From positions 140,802,001-140,866,000 of the forward strand of contig NC_042999.1 in the NCBI RefSeq assembly GCF_006345805.1: a stretch of DNA of 64,000 bases, in the 5' to 3' direction. Origin of the DNA: Octopus sinensis. Its lineage: Eukaryota. Every line of letters starts with the position of its first letter. Positions within the stretch are counted from its first letter, which is position 1. The notes under the pieces are model-generated. The model searched no databases, was not told the origin of the DNA, and saw only the letters and a list, made by a program, of their open reading frames with translations. This document shows, piece after piece, positions 28,240-42,018 of the stretch. The translations under genes and the position numbers were made by a program.

Positions 28240-29160
28240 CTCACTAGCACTAACTAGTATAAGTACAAAACAGACAAGTCACTGCACAAAATTTCTAGCT
28301 TGCTACAGTCTCTCAGGTGATAATGCACAAGTGTGCATGTATGTATACATATACATATGTGTATATTTGTAAATACATACCTTACACACAAACTTAAAAC
28401 ATATGTTTATTCAAAAACACAAACATATATACAGACACATGCATAAACATTTACAGGGAAAGAGAAAAAGCAAGAAATATATATTGTGTGATAAAGAGAT
28501 ATTCTATGTGATATATATATAGTGTGCCTGTATAAGAGAGATAACTAAAATAGCATGTAAAATAGGAGAAAATAGCAAGATTGACTGATTATATGCATGT
28601 ATTTATGAAAGAGAAAAAATGAAACAATGAGGAGAAATTATGCATATATTACTATTAAATGTGTGTGGGTGTGTATATGTGTGTGTGAGAGAGAGAGAGC
28701 TGAAGAGAAGAAATGATTATAACGTGCACATTATTTTGTCCTTCAGGAATAATGAAAGCTAAAGTATGGCTGTGATGAAGTGGGAAGAAAATAATATAAA
28801 ATAAAGCTGACAACTTTTATCAAATTGTAATAATTGATAAGTAATATCTACCTAAAAAGGAAAAGAAGGCAAATGACACAGCAGAAGAAAAGCAGGCAGA
28901 CAGGAAATTCTTAGAAATCACTGCCTTGAAGAAGTCTATGTGGTTTTGAGTAGCCCTAAGATTGATAACAAAACTATTTTTTTTAAAATTATGAAGAGAA
29001 GCTCAATGATGTTACACAGTTGTTACTGCAAACAATTTTTTTTTTTCATGTTCAGTTTTTTTTTACACTATTTGTAGTTATTTAAAATTGTTAGTTTTTC
29101 TTAAGCTTCATGATTAATGACTCATACGGTGATAAAACTACTACTACTACATGTATCATA

Positions 29161-29595
29161 ATAATAATAATAATAATAATATTCCTTTCTATTATAGACA
29201 CAAAGCCTGAACTTTTGGGTAAGGGGGGAAAATCAACTTCACTGACCCCAGTGCTCAAGTAGCAATTATTTTATTGAATCTGAAAGGATGAAAGGCAAAG
29301 TTGACCTTGGTGGCATATGAACTCAGATTATCAAGATGAATGAAGTGCTGCTTGGCATTTTGTCTGGCATGCTAACAAAGCTGCCAGCTTACTGCCTTAA
29401 TAATTCTTTCTACTATAGTCATAAAGCCTAAAATTTTTGGGGAGAGGTTCAGCTAAATACATCAACCCCAATACTCTGCTGGTACCTGTCTTGACCCCAT
29501 AAGGATAAAAGGCAAAGATGACTTCAACAGAATTTAAACTCAGAATATCAAGACATACAAAATGCCATTAAGCATCTTGTTCAGTTTGCTGCCTT
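29161..29595 (-). mobile_element. Head-to-tail dimer of family-2 SINEs
   Basis: Two successive degenerate copies, each ending ctgcctt-aataa on the plus strand (at about 29398 and 29595), preceded by (AAT)n. Confidence 0.75.
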
Positions 29596-29599
29596 AATA

Positions 29600-30960
29600 A
29601 TAATAAAGCAAGCCAGAATCAACACCAAACTGGATTCTGAAAGGACAAGTAAACCCTAATTCCCCAAAATAAAGACACTGTACACCCACAAAATTATAGG
29701 CTAATAACCTGCCTATCAACTATCTACAAAACCCTCACATCAGTCATCTATAACTGGCTTATAACCTGGAAAATAACAATGTCTTATCAGAAGAACAAAA
29801 TACATGCTAGAGAGGGATGTCTGGTTGAAAGGAGCAACTGCTGGTAAATCAAACCATTATAGAGGACTGTAAGAGGAGAGAGACAAACCTCAACATAACT
29901 TGGAGTGATTACCAGAAGGCATTCAACAGTATATCATGGATACTGGAATCTCTCCACACAAATAAAGTAGCTTCAACACAAGAAATAAAACTTGCAATGG
30001 TAAACAGGAAAGCCAGAATAACACTGAAAAATGAATCACAAGTCATTAAAACATGCCCTGTACCCATATGAAGAAAGATTTTCTAAGGAGACTCGCTGTC
30101 ACCTCTGCTTTTCTGCTTTGCTCTGACCCCACTAACAAACGTGTTAAATGAAACCACCATGGATTATACATGCTATGGACAAACAATAAACCAGTTCACT
30201 AAAAATGCCACAGAACAGAGAAACCTTCTAAAAATTGTCCATAGTTACAGTAAGGACACTGAGATGAGCATGGAGCTGGACAAATGTGCCAAACTACACT
30301 GATATATTGATCTCACATGACAACATAACAAAAAAGGTCAAAGAGACAAAAAACAACATGAAAACAGAACTACAAAACATACTAAAGAAGAAATGGGGAG
30401 AAAACTTGTTCCATGGCCAATACCCTGCAAGGTTTGACAGAGAAGAAGCAAACCTAAGTAAAAGCCAACAATGGCTCAAGAACTCTGGACTAAAAGCTGA
30501 AATGGAAGGACAAGACTGATGCCTGACCACAAACAACTATAAAAGCAAACTAATGAAAACAAGCCCTAACACCAAATGCAGAATATGCAACCATCATAAT
30601 GAGACAGTTGACCATATCATCTCTGGTTGTCCAGTCCATGACAAATCTGAATATATATAGAGACATGACTAAGTAGTTATATCCATTGGAAAATATGCCA
30701 ACACTACAACATAAAAACTGACAATAAATGGTATAGACATGTGCCAAATATGACAACAACCAGGCCACAATCATCTGGGATATGCCTGCTTAAACTGACA
30801 AAGAAATAAAGCTAATCGCCCAGACAACAATCAAGGACTGGAAAAAAACCCACCTGCTTACTGATAGACATTGAGGTATTTTTGACTAAAATATTGCTCA
30901 TAGAGAAGTGGAGAAACTGTCAAAGTACAAAGACCTCAAAACTGGAGTATACAAGTTGCT
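29600..30960 (+). mobile_element. R4/Dong-clade retrotransposon, disrupted RT-CCHC-REL region
   Basis: EQLLVNQTIIEDCKRRETNLNITWSDYQKAF, GDSLSPLLFCFALTPL, GLDKCA, LFHGQY, KCRICNHHNETVDHIISGCPV, a WD...TDK...ANRPD-like segment and EVEKLSKYKDL; many stops and frameshifts. Confidence 0.88.
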
Positions 30961-30964
30961 GGAA

Positions 30965-31125
30965 AACATAGGTGGAATTGGCTGAAGAAGGAAACACTGA
31001 AAAAAGAGAGTCAGGGCACTGTACTGGCAACATAAGACCAAGCTTTGGTTATGAATTGGAGGATCAACCTTAGGAATGAGCAAGTGTCTTCACTGTGCTG
31101 CATCTGTAATAGAGTGGACGAAACC

Positions 31126-31128
<3 letters not shown>
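30965..31128 (+). mobile_element. Second R4/Dong-type fragment (pre-CCHC region)
   Basis: WNWLKKETLKKESQGTVLAT*DQAL...SSLCCICNRVDETI; cut off at the (TA)n array. Confidence 0.7.
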
Positions 31129-31182
<54 letters not shown>

Positions 31183-31185
<3 letters not shown>

Positions 31186-32341
31186 CAAGGTTGACCATGG
31201 AATGATATGTCACAAAACACGGGGACTCGGCATCACAGGTAAAGTCAGAGAGTGGCTCCATGATTTCCTAAGGACAGGAGCCAAACTGTGGCAGCCAACA
31301 GAGCTCTCTCCACAGAGACACCAATAATGAGTGGAGTGCCCCAGGGCACTGTGCTGGGGCCACTGCTTTTCATGGTAGCTCTATCGGATATGCCATCAGT
31401 GACAGAGGCAGTCATGCTTACCAGCTATGCCGACAACACAAAAGTCGCACAGTCAGTCATGGAAACCTCTGATGCTATGCTCTTATAGAAAGATCTAGAT
31501 GCCATCTATACATGGGCTGAGGATAACATGCAATTTAATGCAAGTAAATTCCAGGCCCTCCGCTACCAGTTAAGCACTGCTCAGGAATCCCGACATCAGT
31601 ACGTTGAACCAAGTGGAGCAACGATCCCAGAATCAAATAAAGTGCGTGATCTTGGAATAGAAATGCGCAACAAAATGGTAGCAGTATCCAGAAGACTGGC
31701 TGGTTGGATTCTGAGAACCTTCCAGACAAGGGAGCAAGAAACTATGATGACACTATGGAAGTCATTTATCCTCAGCTGACTGGACTACTGCTCTCAGCTA
31801 TGGTTACCTTATACTACAAGGACGATAGCAGAGCTTGAAGCAGTTCAACGACATTACACAAAGAAAATTGCATCAATGGAACGATTGAGCTACTGGGACA
31901 GGTTGAAAGAGCTGCGACTCTATTCCCTGACACAAAGGCAAGAAAGGTATGCAGTGATATATATATGGAAGATACTGGAAGAATTGGTACCAAACTTTGC
32001 AATAAAGAGCTATACCAGACCATGAACAGGATGTCACTGTGCTGTCCCCATTGTGCCGACTGCTTCATCTTGGGCAAGGCCGATGTACTGCCCACAGTTG
32101 TTTAACTGTCTGCCAAAGCATCTGAGGAGCCTCAATGGAGTGGATGTAGACGTTTTCAAATGTGAAGTTGACCTCTGGCTTGCCAGGATCCCGGATGAGC
32201 CAATATCTAAGCAAGAATCTCAAAAGAGGGCAGTAACATCAAACTCCATCCTTCACCAAAAGCCGCTCCGACAAAGGTGGAAAGTGGAAAGATGATTACA
32301 ATGACAGTGCTCCAGCATGGCCACAGTCATTGAACTGAAAT
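31183..32341 (+). mobile_element. 5'-truncated CR1-clade LINE (RT domain to 3' end)
   Basis: DKVDHG, SGVPQGTVLGPLLF, SYADNTK, MQFNASKFQ, VRDLG, LDYCSQLW, LEAVQR, PQLFNCLPK; stop at 32295, then a short 3' tail. Confidence 0.92.
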
Positions 32342-32347
32342 ATATAG

Positions 32348-32630
32348 GGCAGCGGTCTTGCGGTCATAGGATCGCGGTTTCGATTCCCAGACCGGGCGTT
32401 GTGAGTGTTTATTGAGCAAAAACACCTTAAAAGCTCCACGAGGCTCCAGCAGCGGCTGGTGATCCCTGCTGTACTCTTTCACCACTCTTTCTTTCACTCT
32501 TTCTTCTGTTGGCCTGCTTGCTTAGCCAGCAGGGTGGCGTCATTCGAAGGCTAAAACAATGCGAACGCATTGTGACCAGCGATGTGTAACAGCATCTGAT
32601 GGTCTGGTCGGTCACGTGATCACGTGATAT
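32348..32630 (+). mobile_element. tRNA-derived SINE (family 3), 5'-clipped
   Basis: B-box ggtttcgattccc, GC/CpG-rich body and terminal cacgtgat-cacgtgat duplication. Confidence 0.6.
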
Positions 32631-32699
32631 AAATATATATATTTATATTGTATATAAATATATATATTTATATGGAGAGGATTGACCTGTAAGAGTCCT

Positions 32700-32990
32700 T
32701 AAGCTGGTGCCATGTAAATGCACCTGTACAGTGCCACATAAAAGCACCTGTGCAGTGCCGTGTATAAACACATGTGGTGCCATGTAAAAGAACCCATGTG
32801 GTATCATGTAAAAGAACCCAGTAAAGCGGTTGACGTTGGGAAGGGAATCCAGCCATAGAAACCCAATCCAAATCAGACTGCAGCCTAGTGCAGCTCTCTC
32901 GCTTGCCAGTTCTGGTAAACCCATCCAACCCATGCAAGCATAGACTGAGGACATTAAATGATGATGATGATTATGATGATTTGATGCATA
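32700..32990 (+). mobile_element. RTE 3' UTR fragment with short 22-24 bp tandem units
   Basis: Five units like gtgccatgtaaaagcacctgt, then the common tail ending gacattaaatgatgatgatg. Confidence 0.75.
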
Positions 32991-33009
32991 TGATGCATAT
33001 ATATATATA

Positions 33010-33600
33010 TCAAACGTTGGGCCTCACAGAAGCAATGACGAAAGACCGAGATCTCTGGAGATATGCTGTGACTGCAAAGACCCGACAAATAACCTGAGAT
33101 CATGGCTGTTTCCAGCACCAGTTTCACATAGCAGCCCCAGCCCATCCAAAGTACCTTGGATTGCAGAACGACCTGCACTGCTTACCTTGGATCGTAGGGT
33201 GACCTGCTGTGCTTGAGGAGACCTATTGAGTCAAGTACATCAACATCAAAATAAATATCAAATGGAAATTGTAGTTGTGATACCTGTGCCGGTGGCACGT
33301 AAAAAGCACCATCTGAATGTGGCCGATGCCAGCGCCACCTTGACTGGCTTCTGTGCCGGTGGCACGTAAAAAGCACCAACTGATCGTGGTCACTGCCAGC
33401 CTCCCCTGGCACCCGTGCCAGTGGCACGTAAAAAGCACCCACTACATCTACGGAGTTGTTGGAGTTAGGAAGGGCATCCAGCTGTAGAAACACTGCCAAA
33501 TCAGACTGGAGCCAGGTGGCTGCACCTGGCTTCCCAGACCCGGTCGAACCATCCAACATGTGTTAGCATGGAAGACGGACGTTAAACGACGATGATGATG
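33010..33600 (+). mobile_element. 5'-truncated RTE LINE (ORF C-terminus plus 3' UTR)
   Basis: QTLGLTEAMTKDRDLWRYAVTAKTRQIT*, followed by a 3' UTR with ggcacgtaaaaagcacc units and a (GAT)n tail. Confidence 0.85.
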
Positions 33601-34822
33601 ATATATATTTGTGCATATGCAATGTTTTATTGAAACTATAAAGAGTCATAAATTGTTACTCAGTTTCATGTAGTTTATCATCAGATAGTCAAGTGTACTT
33701 AAAGTAATGCAATGGTTTATAAGTATTTTTATGCATATATACATATGCATGTATACATGCATATATATATGTATGTATATATATATATCACCAGCTTTTA
33801 ACCAATCTTCTCTTTGATAGAATGTAGAGAACTGTATCATGCTCCAGTGTTTACTTTGACAATGTTTCTACAGCTTGATACCCTTTCTAATGCCATTCAA
33901 TTAACAGCATGTACTAGCAAGGTACTTATGTATCTCAGAAGACAAGACTTCTATTGGTGGGGTGGAGCTACATAGAAATGGAGGCAGCTTTATGCTAGGT
34001 GATATAAGGTTAGAATATGTAGGAAATGGTGTTTCTTTCTGTAGAAGTGATTCTTGATTGCTCACATTCAACAAGAGTGGGTGGGAGTAGTTATGAGGAT
34101 CTAGAAAGAGAAGTAAAGATGTTGGTGACAATGTGGTCCCTGGGGGAAGAAGAACAAAAGGGTTAATGGATAGGAGTAGCAAGAGTATGTGTAGAGAAAA
34201 TAAAGTATGGTAAGAAATGAGGCTGGGGTGCGAATATATTGAATGATGAATGAGGGTTTAGGCAGTGGGTATCCATGATAAATATGAGATGTTTGGAATA
34301 TATATGAATATATATACGTGTGTGTGTGTGTGTACATACACATATATACAAATATATAAATATATATATATATATACTGTATGTATATGTGTGTGTGTGT
34401 ATGTGTGTGTGTGTGCCTATATATATATATATACACACAGTTGTACATATGTAATCTATTTTTGTATGTGCAAAATTGTGTGTTTGTTTTGCATGTATGG
34501 AGATAAAGAAAAAGAGGGAGAGTAAGAGATTCACATGAAATGGAATGTTCTTGTTCTATGTAATCTAATGTGCATGAAGAAACAAGAAACAAATAAATAT
34601 CAACAACAAAGGCAGCAAGGTAAATAAAAGGAAATGTAAAAGCAAAACAAAAAAAAAAATACTTAGAGATAAAGGAAGCTGATCTAGAAGGTTAATATCT
34701 TTAAGTAATCAGTTGAATGAGTGAAGAGAGAGAGAGAAAGACAGAGAAGAAGAGAGAAAGTTAGAATGTGTGTATGTGTATGATCAAGGGATAGAGAGTG
34801 TGATAAAACACAGAGCAAATGA

Positions 34823-34862
<40 letters not shown>

Positions 34863-34939
34863 GAGAAAACACTGTTAGGAAAAAAAACAGTTAAATATAA
34901 CAAAATGAATGCTAGTCTATAGTTCACAGCTAAAACTCT

Positions 34940-36550
34940 CTCATATTCAGAGTAGTGGCAGCAGTAATGGTGGTGGTGGATGTAGTAGTTAAAGTGCAGG
35001 TGATGTTGCTACTGCTGCTGATAGTGGTGGTGGTGGTAACAGTGACAGCAAAGGTGGTTGATATGATGGTTATGATAGAAGCAATGAGATTACAGATGTG
35101 GTGGTGATCATTTCCGAAGTTGACAACAGGTGGTGATAGTGGTGATGCTTCGATGATTGCAGCAGCAACAGTGATAGTGGTAGCGTCTGTGAAGCAGCTA
35201 AGGAGAAGAGAATATAATTATGATGATGATGACAACAAAGACAACAATGATCGTGATGTTAGTGGTTACAGTGGTAGAATGATGTTTGTAGTTGTAGCAA
35301 TGAGTGAAAGACAGTCAAAGCAACAAGGGAATGGCAGCTACTCCAGCATCATCATAATAATCACAACTAGTGCTACTACTGTTAAAAATAATAATAATGA
35401 TAATAATATGCTAAACATAATTTCTACTTCGACTGATGATATTTATAAAGCAACATGGGAACCTCTACGTAGTTGCTGAACCTGCTAGAAAAAGCAGCTA
35501 TATCTTCTTTTACTCACATCATAGTTTTAAATAAGGACACAGTAGTCCTAGATACCTCGACACAGATGGTCATGGATAAAATACTTTTGATCAACACTGA
35601 CCAAAAGCTAAATGACAACTGATGATGATGAGGACTATAGTAGTAGTAGTAGTAGTAGTAGCAGCAGTAAACAGTGGTAGTAGTGGTGGTGGGTGAATGT
35701 ATTGTCTGCATCAGTAGTAGTATATAATGACAAAAGTAATGACAGTAGGTTGTGGAGGCAAGAATATGACAATATAAAGCTACAGGTAGGAACCTTTCAT
35801 TTGTTAGTGTTATTAAAGATGAATGATGGCAATGATGAGGACAATAACAATCATGACAATGACAATGATGATGGCAATGATGACGATGAGATCAGTGACA
35901 ATGGTGACAATGGTGATGATTATGATGATAATGGTGATGAAGATGATGTGGATAATGACGATGGCAACAATAGTGATAATGATGATATAATGGCGACATT
36001 GGTACTATTGACGTGAGTATTAATCAATAAAACAAAAATCATAACAAAAATATAGTCTATGCTGAAGTAATAATATCTACTAGAAAGAATTATTGCCGTT
36101 GTTAGTGTCATGGTCGTAGTTGTAGTAGTAGTAGTAATGAAAGTAGTGAGGAAGGTGGTGTTGGTGGTAGTGTTGATGGAAGGCTGTTGTGAGAGTATTA
36201 GTATTAACAGTAGTAGCAGTGGTGGTGAAACTTGTTTGGAGGTGGTGCTGATAATGTTGATGGAGAACTTTGTAGTAATAGTAGTAGCTGTCAAGGAGGT
36301 GGTAGTATCAAAAGTAGTAGTAGTGATGGTAGTGAAAGTTTTTTTTTTCGTGGGGGTGGTAGTAATGAAAATATTAGTAGTTGTAGCGGCTATCATGGCA
36401 GTAATAGTATTAAAAGCTAGAACAGTGGTGGTGAAAGTAGTTATAAAGGTGATGGTGGCTGTAGTGGTAATATTGTAGTAGGTGTAGAGTTGATTGTTAC
36501 AGTAGAGGTGGTGGTTATAATAATAATGGAAGTAGTAGTAGTAGCAGCAG
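34940..36550. repeat. Low-complexity trinucleotide mosaic (GTG/GTA/GAT/AAT)
   Basis: About 1.6 kb of interleaved gtg, gta, gat and aat repeats; the source of the spurious poly-V, poly-D and poly-T ORFs. Confidence 0.9.
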
Positions 36551-39312
36551 TAGATTTCACATTGCTACAAACTTCTAACTGTAGACTGTATATGTTAAAT
36601 AAACCAAGATGTAGAAAAATGTGTCTAGAAGTGTGTATGCATACAGGTATGTATTAATTCATGTATGCATGCATATATGTGTAACAGTGTAGGCATACTT
36701 GTGTTCAGTGACAATAAGAGATATTGGATGTAAGAGTGTACATATACATGTGTATATGCATCATGTGCAAAATTGTAGGCATACTGACATACAGCGACAA
36801 TGTGAGAGACTGTAAGGTGCTATATATTTGTGTGTGTATTAATTCTCATATATATATATATATGTGTGTGCAACTGTGTATGTGTACTGGTGTGCATTGA
36901 CATCAAGTAAAACCTATATGAAATGTTACTACAAGACTCTACAAATTGACTAAAATACAGTGAGCCTTTCCTCAGTAAATTAGTGAAAAGGTCAATTAAA
37001 CCGACTAAAGAATCTACAGGTTTACATTTCTAATCCTTCAAATTATACTGCAAAACTAGTAGTTCACATCTATCTGATGTACACACCAGAAAAATTCTCT
37101 AAGTCTTCAATCTTGAAAAAGAAAGGGAGAATATGAATTTGTAGTGTTTGTGTGCAACATACTAATGAAATTTCACAAAGAACTTACAGTTGCACACAGC
37201 AAGAAATCAACTAGATGTAAACTACTTAAGTGATGGTTGGTATAGATGTTAGAGAAACTTCTAATGAAGTATGTTAGACATCACTGTAGTGGATTTCAGA
37301 TTCTATAATGGCCTTTTCCAGCTTCACAAAATTTATGATGAGCCCATGAAAGCTATGTCTCTTATTGACAAACATTGAAATAAAATTAAAATTATTTAAA
37401 AGATTGATTATATTTCACCACCCTTAATGAAACATGAATGATTTTATAAACTCATATCGTAAAACGTGCCGGTGGCACGTAAAAAGTACCCACTACACTC
37501 TCAGAGCAGTTGGCATTAGGAAGGGCATCTAGCTGTAGAAACTCTGCCAGATCAAGATTGGAGCCTGGTGCAGCCATCTGGTTCGCCAGCCCTCAGTCAA
37601 AATCGTCCAACCCATGCTAGCCTGGAAAGTGGATGTTAAACGATGATGATGATGATATTAACTGCTCATCAATCTTAACTAGGATCACACTAAGATGTTA
37701 CCATTAATGAATTGTCACAAACTTCAGTTGTTATATGATCAAACCTGATACATAAGACAAGGGAAACTATATAAAGATAAAGGTGAGTGTAAGTAAATCA
37801 GGATTAAGTTGGATATCATGTTTCGTCTGAGGTATACATAGATGGCAATGTAATTAATAATGCACGTGTATTTTAGGCAGATTGTAATTTGATATTATTT
37901 CAGGCAGTGTCATATGATACGTAAGACAGATTGTGAATGAGTATTTTAAGAAAATTAAGTATGTTGACATACAGGCTAAGAGACTAATTACTCATATTTT
38001 GTTATTCTAAAAGCTAAATTAAAGATTAAGAGAAAGACCAATAGTAGTAGGATCAATAGAAATGGTAACATGAAAATATTTTGACAACAGTTAACAAGAA
38101 TAGTTTTCATGTTTTTTATAGTATAACATCTTAGGGAACTATACAACTGAACTGGAAACAAATGTGACATATGATACTGAACAATAACATAAATCTCAAG
38201 AATAAACCCACATTCAAATGAGTTTTGAATGTAGCTGGAAATTAAGATGCATTAAATGCTGTTACCAAAGGATACCAGAAAGCATAGAAGTAAAGTTAGA
38301 GAATGAAGTTAGAAAAGACTCAGAAGTATTTTAGTTAACCCCAGTTGTTGAAAGAAAACTTTCTTAAAACTTTCAATACACAGTTTTATAGGAAATAAAT
38401 ATAAAAACATGCATAAAATTAAATATTACATAGAAAGTGACTAAATTTTAGAACCAAATTTCAGTCTTCAATATAGTATATTAGAAGCAGATTTGACCAT
38501 AGACTGAAGCTGTTGCATTATTCTTTTCATTAATGCTACTTTTTGTTTTTTTAAGTCAATAATTTAACTCCAACCATTATCTCCTACTTTAACACCATCA
38601 ACATGTGTTAGCTACAGCAAATCTAATAAACTAAATATATTTTGTTCATTTATTTCAGTGTTTGGAGCTATGTATCCATGAAGTCTGCTAGGCATTTCCT
38701 TGAGCCTAATGACCTTATCAATATGCTATCACCTTCAAACATTGTATCATCTGACAAACTCAAGTCTTTTGGCTTTGTTTTAAATAAATCAATTCATCAA
38801 TATAGAAAAGTGCAGTTGTGCTTTGTCTCTTCATAACTTTTAACTATCACTCTATTACTTTCACTTCTTATCTAATTAACATCATGCAAACAATTACGAA
38901 TTGCTGTCACTTTAATCAACTTGAATAACTTTCCTTTCTGCTATAAATATTGGAGTTTCAGTAAAAGATGACAACAGCTGCCTTAGGTTTCAGGAAAGAA
39001 AAATTAAAAAGCTCAATGCAGGTAGACTACAACTGAAGCTGATTATTGGCCTATTTCCTCACCCAAACTAAATCATGCAAAAGTCCACAATACAGCTATG
39101 TCAAGAGATTACACAAAATAAAGTATTTCAACTGCTTTAGTTTTATAATATAAATTGTCATTTCAAATTTGAAATACACACACACATATAATATATATCA
39201 CAGTTTCATTCCATACTTGATTACAAATGCCTGATGAATGAGAACGTGAAACTCTAAATAGCAGTTTTTTGTGATGTTTTTACAACTTTAATAAAAAAAA
39301 AAGTACATACAT

Positions 39313-39362
<50 letters not shown>

Positions 39363-39551
39363 ATTCAGTTGAATTAGGTACTTAAGTTGAGGCACTAAGT
39401 CAGTCTGGTATTATCTGCACAGCTCAAAGTAAGGTGAATAAAAAGCAAATAAGTAACAAGGATGTCAAAGTATTTGTACATTGCGGCACTAATACCTTGA
39501 TATCCTTGTTACTTATTATCTTTAAAGCCAGGAATTTTTCAGCCTCCCCTC

Positions 39552-39618
39552 ATGTGTGTGTGTGTGTGTATATATATATATACATACATGTATGTATATA
39601 TATATATATACATACATG

Positions 39619-39664
<46 letters not shown>

Positions 39665-39762
39665 TACATATATATATACATATATACACATACATGTGTA
39701 TATATATATATACACACACACACACATACATACATATATATATACATATATACACATACATG

Positions 39763-39798
<36 letters not shown>

Positions 39799-39800
39799 AA
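39552..39800. repeat. Compound (TA)/(CA)/(TG) microsatellite with an internal ~65-bp duplication
   Basis: The block (ta)n-(ca)n-tacatatatatatacatatatacacatacatg occurs twice in tandem. Confidence 0.85.
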
Positions 39801-41804
39801 CGCACAAATAGATAATACACTCAACCCCTACAACTTCTCTCCTCATTGCCCTTATCATAATAACTCTTCCTTACTAATCACCTGAAATTACCTTCCTCTC
39901 CCACACCCATTACTTCCTTCCATCTTATCTTTCCTTCATGTATCACTTTACTCATCCATGTAATAACCTGGGGTACCACTATATCTCTTTCTACTCACAC
40001 ACTACCATATTACTTTTCACTTCCCTCCAGTTACCCCATTTCCTAAAAATGTTCCCATTATCAACAATAAACTTGCTTGATTCCAATATAAATTATCTTG
40101 GAACTTAAGGGACCATCCTTCCCATGCTGGCATGGCAGGTGGACTGACCCATCCTATCACTGAGCCAACCTACTCAACTTACACCATTATTATTATCATA
40201 TAGTTTTCTTCCCCCTCTCCTTCATAATAACCTTAATTTCACATTTCTATCTTTCTCTTCTAATCACATCCCTACACTATTCCTTTTCTTATTCTCTACA
40301 TTACCATCCTACCACTATAAATTAGTTCCTTTCCAACATGGGGTGCTCTCTTTTGCTTCGTAAGCTACAAGGTGAATCCAGTAGCGCGTGTACCAAAAAA
40401 ACCCACCCACTATACTCTGGTAATTGATCCAAACAGTGGCAATGCAGGGCTTGAGAGGGTTTTTTTAGTCTTTCTGTTGCCAAGACAAACTTCTACTGTG
40501 TTAGTGCAACAGAAAATGCTCCCAGTTTACTTTGGAAAGTGGTTGATATTAGGAAGGGCATCCAACTTCAAAAACCATGCCAAAGATGAGACAATACAGG
40601 AAGATATGATCCTCCAACCCAGTGGTTGCTGTTAAACTGTTCTACTCATGCCAGTATAAAAAGCAAATAAAAAATGATATCATGATAATTATCATGATAC
40701 ACACACACACACACATATAGTTAGGTGCTGGCATGGATGTTATGGTTATGAAGTTTGCTTTCTTGCTTTCCAACTACATAGTTTCAGTTTCAGTCTCACT
40801 GCGCCTTCAGCAAGTGTTTCCTATTGGGCCAACCAAAACCATGTGAGTGGATTTGATAGACAGAAATTACATATGTATATGTATGCGTGTATCCATGCAT
40901 GTACGTCTTTGGGTTTGTTTACTTATATTGCTTGTATGAATGTGTAATGTGATCAGTTTCAACTGTCAACAAATCATCTTAGCACTTCTTGCCTTTGAAG
41001 CCATGTGGAAGAGATCTATTACTGGAAAAACAGATAAGGTCTGTGTCAGGAAGGGCAACTGCTTCTAAAACTGCTTCAAATAATGCATTCATCCAACTCA
41101 TGTAAGCATGGGCAACTGGACATAAAGCAAGCAAATTATGCATATAATTATTCATTTTTCATTCATTTGTATGTGTTTCTCTATGTCAGCATGGTTAGAT
41201 GAATATATTATTAAAACATTATTTCATATTTAGATGCCCTTCATATGTGTAAATCAAATGAAGAGTACATTTCTCTTGAGATCTGTCAAGAGTTTTTTTT
41301 TACAGCTTTAGTTTTAGAAGCATTACCAGATAGTTTCCTTTCAAAAGACATTGCACATTGATTTGTAATTAGTTTAAAATCCTAGCTTCATCTCAGCATG
41401 TTATACTGCATTTTAGAACATGAATAAATATGTCTGTTCAGGTAACTATATTGCAATTTTGACAAATTTAGTTTTCTAATTTCCAGTTAAGAATTGTAAA
41501 ATGCTGCTTCTTAATGCATAATTCTCTGTTATCTTTGGTTCTTTTTTGAAATTTTTCTTCAATTCACGTGTCAGCTTTTAAAGTAATTTCACATTTCCTC
41601 TCTGCAATGCTGCTATTTGAAATATTTAAATATTTAAATATGCAAGAACATTACAAATTGCAGCTAACATCCTATTTAATTTTTTTAAACAAAGAAATTA
41701 TTTGAATAAGATATTTCCACCTGCTTAAAAACTAAATAACATATTAAAAATATATGAATTACACACACTCACAGACACATATATGTACATACTCGCATTC
41801 CATT

Positions 41805-41965
41805 GGTCATCACAATGAGGATTCCAGTTGATCTGATCAAGAGAACAGCCTGCTTGTTAAATTAACATGCAAGTGACTGAGTACTCCACAAACATAGATT
41901 CAGCATGACACAGAATGTAACAAGGCTGGCCCTTTGAAATAAAAGTACTACTCATTTTTGCCAAC
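41805..41965 (-). mobile_element. SINE fragment (family 4 variant)
   Basis: Minus strand ttggcaaaaatgagtagtactttt...tttcaaagggccagccttgttac shares ggcaaaa(a)tgagta with 43590-43760. Confidence 0.5.
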
Positions 41966-41970
41966 TTTAT

Positions 41971-42018
<48 letters not shown>

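Noticed and set aside
33290-33450. Regularly spaced ggcacgtaaaaagcacc repeats resembling a CRISPR array
   Set aside because: Eukaryotic context; the spacers are related to each other and the array is part of an RTE 3' UTR.
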